Translations under genes and position numbers: made by a program
Shown here: piece by piece, positions 23,719-33,740 of the stretch
Numbering within the stretch: position 1 is the stretch's first letter
How the letters are laid out: each line of letters opens with the position of its first letter
Assembly (NCBI GenBank): GCA_000697335.1
Contig: JNEM01013340.1
Location: forward strand, 1 to 33,740
Direction of reading: 5' to 3'
DNA: 33,740 bases
From: Conidiobolus incongruus B7586
Taxonomy: Eukaryota
The notes under the pieces: model-generated
Told to the model about the DNA's origin: nothing
Database searches by the model: none
Seen by the model: only the letters and a program-made list of their open reading frames with translations

Positions 23719-26477
23719 AATTTTATAAATTAAAATTATACAAAATATTAACTATTAAAAAAATTAGCAATTTACATTTTTTTGACCTAGTTATTTTAGT
23801 ATAATATATTTATTCAATTATAGTTGGCTGAGTTTTAATATTAAATTATTCAAAAATTTTGTGGCAATGTTTAAAATATATTGAAATATTAATTATAAAA
23901 AAGTTTTTTTTCTATATTATTTTTATTTGATTTTTTTTAATTATTTTAAATTTTATATTTGTTATTAACCATTTGCCATATTTTGAGTAATTCGACTAGT
24001 CATAAAATTTCCATAACATTCCTTTTTCTAAATAATAAAAACAAAATGGAAATCATAATTTATTTAATATCTCATACTGATATTAAATGTGCTGAGATTA
24101 TATTCAATTTTAATGTATATATTATCATATAGTTATTATCAACTAATAGTTGAATGAAATCTTTTATTAAATCAATTTTTTAAATTTGAACTCTGGGGAT
24201 AAATGACTATATATTTGATTATTAATTTAAAAAGAAAACTATAAATTTTTTAATTTCTAATTTTTCAAACAAAATATTAATTTTGAAATATAAATTATAT
24301 GAATTATAAAAAAATTAATATTTTCAAGCTATATATACATCTATATATATTTATAATTATCTTTTATTAAAATATTATTATTTAAAGATATAAGGTTTCA
24401 TTTAATAATTTTTAATTAAATAATAATCATCAAAAGCTTTTTATTTTAATATTATTAAAAATTAACTATAACTACTTTAAAGTCATTTATAATTTATTAA
24501 TAGTTTATACAGAAAATGCTTTATTTAAGATTAATATTAATTATATAAATATATTATATATATTAAAGTTTAACCTTTGATTAATTAATAAAAATATTAA
24601 ATAAATAATTTATAATTTAACAAAAGTTTAAATAAACTAGTGCAATTATAGCTAAATAAAACTTTAAAATATTCCTAATAAAAAAGGTTTATATATTAAA
24701 TAATTATAAATAATAAATTTTTTAATTTTTTAATAAAAAATTAATAAAATTATCATATCTAATGTATTTTATAGATTATAACCTTTATAATTATAATTGC
24801 TTTAGGTAAATAGAAAATATATTTATAAAAATACTCTTGCAAACAAATTATATCAGTTTATAAAAAGTTAAATTTCAGTTATTAATAAAAACAATCATTT
24901 TTTAGGTATTAGAAGCTTATCAAGAATATCCCAAAAATTATTATTATTATTATTATTATTATGAAACTATTAAATTTATATTATATATTTATTTTTATAT
25001 ATCATATATTCAAATGTTTATTTATTTTTAATTGCAAAAAATTCCCATTATTAAAAATACAGAGTAATATTAGGGTTTAAACTTGCCCTATTGGGAGGAA
25101 TCATGTAAAAGGATAGAAAGTATTAGGCAAAACAGCCAAAAAGATAAGTAGATAAAGAAAGAGTAAAGCTAAAGTTAATAGAAATAGATGAAAAGGTTTA
25201 TTTAGGAAAGTTAGATGGTTTAAATATTTCAAACTCATCAAACAGTGGATTATCTAGAATATCATAAGTTCTTGGAACATGGAGTTAAAATACTCCTTTA
25301 TTAATAATAACTAATAAGTTAATAATTATTTAACTTTAATAAATATAAAGAATAAATATACCATTAATTTTAAATAACAATATCAATGAATATTTTATAA
25401 TATAGTTAATATTCCAAAATGAATATAAATGCTATATCTATAATTTATTTTAAATTAAATATTTTAATTGAGTTGAAAATTCATATTATTATACTATAAA
25501 ATGGCTGAATTATATAAACAAAAAATTCCAATCTTAGAAACAATGAATATGTTCAATATTATCAATATTGGTTATTCCATTTTTAATGTTTATTGTTATT
25601 AATAGGAAAATTTGTCAATTTTATATTATTAAATATATTTTAATTGTTTTATTGATATTTTTTATTAACTAATCACAAAAATTTCAAAATTCAAATATTT
25701 AATACTAATAACAAAATCTAATTTGAACCTTAAAATATTAAAAATTAAAAAAAAATTATCAAAAATTAATTTTATAATATATTACAATTACAAATATTGT
25801 TTAAATTTATTTCATTAAATAAAATTATTTAAAAACTATTAATTTTAAATGTTTTTTTAAATTTAATTTATTAAATTCTTATAAATTGGATATTTGTGAT
25901 GTATATTTCAAAAAATATACAAGATTATAATTGAAATATAACTTTAAATAATAGAATATGTTTGGAAGGTTAAATTGTATGATATAATTTAATGTTATGT
26001 CCATTGGAGAAAAAAAATTGGATCAAAAGAGTACTCTCCTCCTCAGAGAAAATTGAATTTATTTGGCGCTTCAGATGGTTCTGCCATTTCTCCTTATCTT
26101 TTTTGCGTATAGAAATAATTTAATAATCTAATGTATAGATTGTATTTTTTAATTTTTACATCTTTTTTAATATTAATATATATATAATAAGTATCTGACT
26201 GAAAATTGTTTTCTTTAATATTATATTTATCAAATACTTTCATTAATTTTGGAAAATTTAAAAATTTGATAGAGATATTTGTCTTAATATTTACAATTTG
26301 TTTTATTATTAATATGCTATTTTTCATATGTAATTTGATTATATATTAGTTATTAAATTCTATTAGAATATTAAATCAATATTTGTTATATTTCTATATT
26401 AAAATCGGAATGAAAAAAAATCATTTTAAATCAATTGATAACGAAATAACATTATAAATTTTATTTACAAGTAATTT

Positions 26478-26906
26478 TTAATCAAATAACTCTTCTTCTT
26501 CAAGAATATTTGAGGACGATTCTTCACTCAAATGCTCATTAAAATTGAGTTTAAACGTTTCAGCTGTTTGCGAAGTATCTTTCTCGTAATCGGGATCACT
26601 TTCTATAACAACATCCGGATGATGGTGGTGGTGATGATGATCGCCTGAACCAACTCCAATATCAAGGCACCCTACAATTTCATCAATGGCCAAGGCTGAC
26701 TCAAGGCCTCCAATTAATCCGTGGCAACCTTTCCTATGTTCTTCACTTTGATGACCATGGTGCATAGGTGAAAGGGGCAGTCCGTCTATAGGCAAGTCAT
26801 TCAAAGGCAAATCAGGAACTGGCAAATCTCCAACAGGGATTTTTAGGGCTCCAATATAAAATAAACTGAGACTAGTTGCCACAATTGACCATTTAAACTG
26901 AACCAT
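26478..26906 (-). CDS. Small putatively secreted protein with Leu-Pro pentapeptide repeats, a His7 tract and an acidic tail (142 aa)
   Basis: ATG-initiated ORF in a GC island; signal-like MVQFKWSIVATSLSLFYIGA; IPVGD-LPVPD-LPLND-LPIDG-LPLSP; two Cys; DHHHHHHHP. Confidence 0.8.
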   Translation of the reverse strand: MVQFKWSIVATSLSLFYIGALKIPVGDLPVPDLPLNDLPIDGLPLSPMHHGHQSEEHRKGCHGLIGGLESALAIDEIVGCLDIGVGSGDHHHHHHHPDVVIESDPDYEKDTSQTAETFKLNFNEHLSEESSSNILEEEELFD

Positions 26907-27293
26907 CTTAATACAATATCAATATATTAAAGAATTCATAAGAATCAACCAGAATTAAATACTCAAATCTTTGAATAATAGACTGAGGCTAATAATAATC
27001 GAAAGACAATTTTTTTATATAATTACTAAGCCATATAATCTCTACAATTAAATTGTTAAATTTAAATCACTCAAATATTTGCAGCCATTATAAAAATTAC
27101 TAAATTATATTATTTCTTAAAGCAAAACTTTTACTAATTTAAGTGATTAAATTACTTTATTAGTGATGTACGGAATATTTACGCTTTTAATTTTTAAAAT
27201 TCATCACTTAATCTGAATATTACATTAGTTTCTAATTAATATTCATTATGAAAATAGCTAAAATTTAATTTAAACTTTATTGTTGGTATCATA

Positions 27294-27297
<4 letters not shown>

Positions 27298-27328
<31 letters not shown>
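27298..27328. repeat. (AT)n microsatellite, ~15 units
   Basis: Perfect alternating AT run read directly. Confidence 0.9.
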
Positions 27329-27332
<4 letters not shown>

Positions 27333-27741
27333 AAAATTTTAAAAATTAAAATAATAAAATAATTTAAAAATATTAACAAAATTAATTAACAAATTGTTAA
27401 AAAAATATCATTTATTGATTATTTGACAAGTAAATTAAATAAATTTAAACATTTTTATTTTTTTTAACATATGAATGAAGATGGTTGACTTAAATTTTAG
27501 TTAAAAACTGATTATTTGTTTTGGATATCATTATATATTTTGAAATTTCAAATTATTTTGTTGATAATGAAACATTAAAGATTTATCTTGAATTAAAATC
27601 AAAGCAAATGAAATATTAATAATAGATAATATTGATAAAAAATAATTTATTAATTCTATTAAATTTAATAATAATTCAAACAGTTAATGATATAAGTGTT
27701 AATTTACATTTTTTTTAAATTAGTCTATAATTGAGTGGAAA

Positions 27742-29400
27742 CTAGCCAAAAATTCTAAGACCATCATCTGCCACTGTGACTTCATCTTCGGCCTGGTTAT
27801 CTTCTTGGTCTTGGTTAGTTTCCTCTGAAAGAGAGAACTTGTTACCCAATAAACTGCCGAATAATTCGTCAATTTTACTATCATGCCAAGTGCCATCGTG
27901 AATGGGGACCATAAAATTTTCTAATTTTTCATGAACTTGGTAACGCAATTTACGGCCTTTACTGGCTTTGGTGTCAACGACTTTTCTTTGTTTAGCGCGT
28001 TTCGTAGCTATCCATCTGAGACCGACACCGTTGGCATCGTGATCGGTCATACGACTTTCGATAAATTCTCTTAAGAGTTGCTGGTAGAAGTCACCATCAT
28101 CATAAATTTGGTCGATTTCGTTGTTTTCACCAGTGTGGCCAATGATAGGTTGGTTAGAACGATTGGTTCGGGATCTGGCAATGAGACGATCGGAATCCAT
28201 CATCATTTGATCTACTTGTTGACTGATGCTCTGATCAAGAGAACGGAACTTTTTCTGAAGAGGTAAAGTGTTACCGAGTTGCACTTTGGAGTGCCACTTA
28301 TCAACCACACCTTCATGGTGCTTTAAAAAGATGTCGTATAGACTGCTGATATCTTCCCAAAGATCGTCCTTTTCAGTGGATTCGAATGAACGCTTTTCGA
28401 GTCCTTCAAATTTGTTTTCTTCACTCATGAAAATGAAGGCAAGATCAACGCGAAGCTTCATAAGTTGATTAATTAATTGGACCAAGCTATCGATAGTTTC
28501 CTGATGCTCTGAAACATCCCAATCAAATTCACCTTCATAGGAGATGGGAAGCTGATTTATGCTCTGGACAATTTTTTGGAATTGAATACGGATACCCAAT
28601 GCACTCTCCCAAAAGCTGAGCTGGTTTAAGACATGTTTACCCTTATCAGAATCTTGAATAGTGTTTTTGTGTAACGTGTGAATTAATTCCTTTTCTTGAG
28701 ATTGGAATTTTTGCAATTGGGCTATTGTGTCATTGTCAGTATCATCATCACCCTCTTCATCAGAATAACCATTGATGCCTTTTGTTAAATCATTTAATTC
28801 AGCATCTTCGTCATCTTCAACTTCTTCACTTTCTTCTTCGACGTCTTCCTCATCTTCATCAAGACCATTACTCAAGACATTTTCAAGTTCATCATCTTCA
28901 CCATCATCGTCATCATCCTCTTCCTCTTCCTCTTCCTCCTCATCATCATCAAAACCATTACTCAAAACATTTTCCAGTTCATCCTCTTCTTCCTCATCCT
29001 CTTCACTTTCAGACTCACCCCCAAACCAACCCTTTCTGCTGGTCTTGGTACCTTGATAAGCCTTGCCCTTAGGCAATTCCAATTCCTGATTCATTCTCAA
29101 TTTACTCTTACTAAATAATTAAAAACATTAAAAACCATAAAAAATTAAAATAATCAAATTAAAAATTACCCAACTTGAACGTAATGACTTCTACCAGCTT
29201 CTAAATCTTCGGAATTATCACTATCATTAGCACCGTCATCTCCACCATCGTTTTTAAAATGAAGATCTTCTGGGTCGAAATCTATTTTATATTTATTAAT
29301 ATTTTATTTTGAAAAATTAAAAATTAAATAAATTACCTTTAGGTCTCACTTCATTAAGGTTGGATAACTCTTCTAACAAATTTTTAGCCTTTTTACCCAT
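27742..29400 (-). CDS. BFR2: Bfr2/AATF (Traub family) rRNA-processing protein, ~514 aa; exons 29400-29337, 29281-29170, 29110-27742
   Basis: N-terminal P.DFDPED and RSHYVQVGKSKLR; acidic tract; DKGKHVLNQLSFWESALGIRIQFQK; IYDDGDFYQQLLREFIE; VDTKASKGRKLRYQVHEKLENFMVP; IDELFGSLLG. Introns of 55 and 59 nt splice in frame. Confidence 0.93.
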
Positions 29401-29727
29401 TTTCAAATTATTTTTATTGTTTAATAATTATTAATAATATTAATATCAGTTATTAAAAATATATTTTAATAACAATTAAATATACAAGTTAAAAAATTAT
29501 GAATACAAATTAAAACTTATTTAAAAATTGGTTAATAATTTTTAAAATTGTGGGATGAATTATTTTTCAATAAAATTATAATTTTCATTATATAATTTCA
29601 ATTTGAAAAATTTAAGTTAATTTTAAATTAAATTTTTTATTAATAAAAAATAAATTTTAAAAATATAAAAAAGTTATAAAATAATTATAATATTCATTGA
29701 TATAAATATCAAAATGAATAATCTTAA

Positions 29728-31177
29728 TTAATCTTCATAATATTGAAAACTTGAGTAGATAATTGCTGAAAAAGCTTGTAAAGATTTCACTTTTGAAATT
29801 TCCTAAAATAAAGAGTTAATAAATTTAGATTCATGCAAATTTACAACTAGTTATTACCTTCAAATACATATTATCTTCTTGCTCCAATATGGGGCCTAAT
29901 AGATTGGATAATGTTGGCAAGATTTTAGGGAGTGGTAATGCCATATCCATTGCTTGAGCTGAGTCACTAGGAGGTTGACTGGTGAAAATATTTTGTCTCA
30001 CTTCAGTGTCGAAAACATTGAATAAGCTATCAATTAATTTGAGACGAATTGAATTAAAGTCTTGACTATAATAAAATTCATTAGACATTATAATATGATT
30101 CTAAGAAACTTATATTTACCATTCGATAAAATCTTTGGTTTCATCTAAAAGTCTTCTTAAATTGGGATCCATTTCGAAATTATCGGGTAAGGGTTTACCA
30201 CCCAATTGACTGATCACCTCCTTTTCCCCTTCCAAATCGTTTGGCATGAGTGCTTCTAAAATCACGTGCTTTTGATCAAACACTTCATCTTCCAATTTGT
30301 TTCTCAGCTGATTAATAATTTCCCAGAGTTGTTGATATGTCAAACGTTCACGAATGTTTAAAGATTCAAGTTCGCGCACGATGATGTCCTGAATTTTGAT
30401 GCCGAGGGACTTCCAGCCTTTGTTGACGAACCACCAAGAGAATGAAAGGTATTGCTTTTGAGTTTCGTAAGAGACATTGGAAGGAGTGGAAGTATTAAAT
30501 TGTTCAACACTTTCACTTGCTTCACCGATTACCGATTCAATATAAATTAATCTACCTACCATATTAATTTGAATATGGATAAATATGGATAATAAAGCTA
30601 ATAAATGAATTGCTACGAAATTTCTAATAAAGCCTAAATAAACATTAATTAAAAATGATAAATAGGAAATTGTAATAATTACTCAAGTTTTTAATTTCGT
30701 TCCAAAGTTCAACTTTAGATTTCCCAGACGCTGCAGATTTATGAGCTTCTTCGGGATTTGCATTATCATCTCCTGACAAGCTACCAGTAGAACTGACCAT
30801 AGGAGAAATAGAACCCTTTTTCATTTGATTTAATTGAGTTTTAATACTTTCAACATCGTAAATTTCCAAACACTGGCGAGACAAATGAGGTAAGAATGTG
30901 GCAATAGTAAATAGGCAATCTTCTTGATTTTGTTCAAATCGCTTCTTCAAACTATTAAAATTGAAAATAGTTTTAGTTATTGATAAAATAAAATAATCCA
31001 AAGAATAGCTTACTTTTCTTTGGCAATTCTACTCTGATTAGCTTTGGAGCGATAATCCAACAATTTAGATTTCAAATAACTTAAACTATAATATATTATA
31101 GCTATAAGGGCCGCGGAATATATGAAACCTCGACGTCTCCGGTAAAAGAAATCGATCACCCTTTGAAACATGATCAT
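29728..31177 (-). CDS. PEX3: Peroxin Pex3, ~409 aa; exons 31177-31014, 30951-30683, 30633-30120, 30065-29858, 29802-29728
   Basis: Basic patch RRRR followed by a transmembrane segment; RIAKENLKKRFEQNQEDC; KVELWNEIK..SFIR; QINMVGRLIY; YLSFSWWFVNKGW; LLDETKDFIE; LPKILP; C-terminal LQAFSAIIYSSF. Four GT-AG introns (62, 49, 54, 55 nt) give one continuous frame. Start could be 31171. Confidence 0.93.
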
Positions 31178-31352
31178 AAACTGGCTGATGTTTTGAATTT
31201 TATACTTTATATAGGCTATTAATAAGTAAAGGTAGTACTTGGGACTGTTGCAATTTTTATTTTTATTAGAATTTTATAAATGGATATAAATTGATTTTTT
31301 TTTATTATGGTTTAGATTGGATCATCTCCTTGAATAATAATTTATTATAAAT

Positions 31353-31362
31353 CTGACGTCAG
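31353..31362. promoter_or_regulatory. CRE/ATF-type palindrome upstream of PEX3
   Basis: CTGACGTCAG (10-bp palindrome with core TGACGTCA) ~180 nt upstream of the PEX3 ATG, in CpG-poor DNA. Confidence 0.45.
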
Positions 31363-32840
31363 TCTAATAATTTCGAATATTTTCATATAAAATAAAAATT
31401 GGTAATAATGACAACTTTTTATAAATATTAATATTGTTCAACTTGATAATATAAAATCAAAAATATTTTATATTAATAAACTCATCATGCTATATATATA
31501 ATATTTAAAATATATTTGTGAAACAATTTAAATACAATATTCATTAAATTTTAATATTTAACAATTGAATATAATTTTTATTAATTTTGCTTAATATCAT
31601 GTATTTAAAAGTATTTTATTATTATAGGAATTATCAATTATTTTAAAATTGACTAAGCTTGAATCATAAAGCAGTGATTTTAGTTTTTTTGACACCAACA
31701 TTACAAACTCATATTTTAAGAATATCACAATAAAGTAATTTTAAATCATTTATTAATTATGTACTAAAAATTAATCAACAAAATAGCCATTTTTATTTCT
31801 TGAATATATCAAGTTTTTGATTGAATATATCAACACTCTTCATGTAATTTGTAAATCTTATTGAATGCTCAAACTTAGGTAAAACTGAAAATTATATACT
31901 AAAACTGAAAAATTATTAATATTGATCATTATAAAAATAATCTAATTCAAAAGTATATTGAAATTTAATTATATATACAATCACTCTTTGAAATTTTTGC
32001 TAAATTAAAGTATATATCTCCATGTACAAAAAGCTATAACTGATTCGTAATTTTGACAAGCCAGAAATTATTGAAAAATCCATATCCAATCAAATTATAG
32101 CATATAATTGTATCTTTTTAAAATGTATATCAAAAATCAGTTATTATTGAATTCAAGTAGTGAATTAAACTTTGGTGAAATTTAAATAAAATGATTATAT
32201 ATATTCAAATATAATATTTAATATCTATAAGATATTTTATTCGATATACTCTGCCAATTTTCCATATTTATATTATCAATATTTTTGTAATTTTTACAAG
32301 CATACTATAAGCTTCAATTTTAAAATTTGAAATTACAAAATATATTTCAAAATAAAAATAATAAAAATTGGGGTTAAAATATTATTTTATTAATGTTTTA
32401 TTTTAAATATAATCTTAATCTTTAGATTCACCATACATGTATATATATATTATTAGAATTTGGCTATTATCAAATAATATGTAACAGGAAAATTTTTGGA
32501 TTTTGACTAATTAATATATTAAATTGCTTGACTAAAGATTATATATCAATTGATTAAAATTTATTTATTTTATTCCTAGAAATAATAGTTTTATATCTTG
32601 GATTGAATTATTTGATCTTAAAAAAATTCATAATTTTTTATTAAATGAAATGAAAGTAAAGGTTGAGATTTGATTCTTAAGTCAATAGGAAAAGCACTGT
32701 ATTTGAGTCAATATAAATTGAAATTTAAATTTAAAAAAATTAAATATATTAAATTCAAATAGAAAAAAAATTCAGAGTCGAATAATAAATAATTTGAAAA
32801 TGGTGAAAGACATATAAAATTAATAGAACAACTATCAATA

Positions 32841-32912
32841 GGGCTCGACTGGGAATCGAACCCAGGACCTCTCCCACCCTAAGGGAGAATTATACCACTA
32901 AACCATCGAGCC
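32841..32912 (-). tRNA. tRNA-Pro (anticodon AGG), identical to the copy at 7908-7979
   Basis: Reverse complement matches the first copy at all 72 positions. Confidence 0.97.
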
Positions 32913-33740
32913 TTATTAAAAGAGGTAATGATAAAAATTTGATCATTTACTGTATTATCAATGTGTTTTATAATAAGTTTTTTAAGATCCTTTTTAGAAA
33001 AGAACTTCTAATATGATTTACTAAACTGTTTATTTATATTTTCTTTTACGAGTTTGGACTGTATTTTTTAAAATTGACTTACTCTTCTAATGATATAACA
33101 GACTATTCAGAAAAAACTATTTTTCTTTTTTTATCACCTCTGAGTTTACATAGTTGATTCAGTGAAGGATATAGGATTTGATTAAAATAAAACAAAGAGT
33201 ATCCTTTAATTATGGACTTAACTATCAAATCATGACAGACAGGCATTTTTATAATATAACATTATATATTATAAAATATTGCAATATGCTAATTATCCCT
33301 ATATTCCATTATTTTATTAATCCAAAACATGATTATTTTATTTTTTATTATTATTTTAAATAATAATACTATGAATTAAATAATAAAAATATAATTCTAA
33401 AATTCCTAATTAAAAATAATTTAAAATAATAATATAGAAAAATAAATAAACAATATAAAATTAGTATTCTTTTTTATTATCAATAATTTCTTTTTATATA
33501 TCGAATAAATTTTTAATATTTAACAATTTTTTTATTAAAAATTGGAATTAAATAATATTTTAACTAATTAAATTTATTTATAGGAATTTTCTTTCTTTTA
33601 AGGATATTTTTTAATTTTCTAAAATAATTATAATTATATAAGTTATAATCTACTAAATATATTAAATATATTAGTATTTTTTATTATTAATATATAGAGA
33701 ATCATTTCTATTTTTAGTCTTATATATTTTATAATTTTTA

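Noticed and set aside
28078..29072. Poly-Ser and His-rich ORFs on + within BFR2
   Set aside because: Antisense readings of GAA/GAT acidic codon runs.
31800..31916. Short tandem duplications (TTGAATATATCAA x2; TAAAACTGAAAA x2)
   Set aside because: Two-copy slippage-type repeats in AT-rich DNA; no spacer structure, not CRISPR-like.

Overview
Eukaryotic, very AT-rich genomic DNA with short GT-AG introns (mostly 49-64 nt) and GC-richer exons. It looks like an early-diverging fungus, possibly Entomophthorales/Zoopagomycota-like (inference only). In order: a CpG-free, TpA-rich block (1-1.7 kb); a Pro/Ser/Thr-rich orphan gene (-); a V-ATPase V0 subunit a gene (+, 1 intron); tRNA-Pro(AGG) (+); two tandem GSK3-family kinase paralogues with the same 4-exon structure (+); an ~8.5 kb island of small, probably secreted, unannotated proteins (18.4-26.9 kb); BFR2/AATF (-, 2 introns); PEX3 (-, 4 introns); and a second, identical tRNA-Pro(AGG) (-). 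The secreted-protein island is the most novel part. It appears to hold two small paralogue families (His-rich/acidic, and MKF-signal), a pseudogene missing from the ORF track, a copy with apparent compensating frameshifts, and a repeated GCCACATAT upstream motif. No CRISPR array, rRNA or intact transposon was seen. All splice models and alignments were done by eye.
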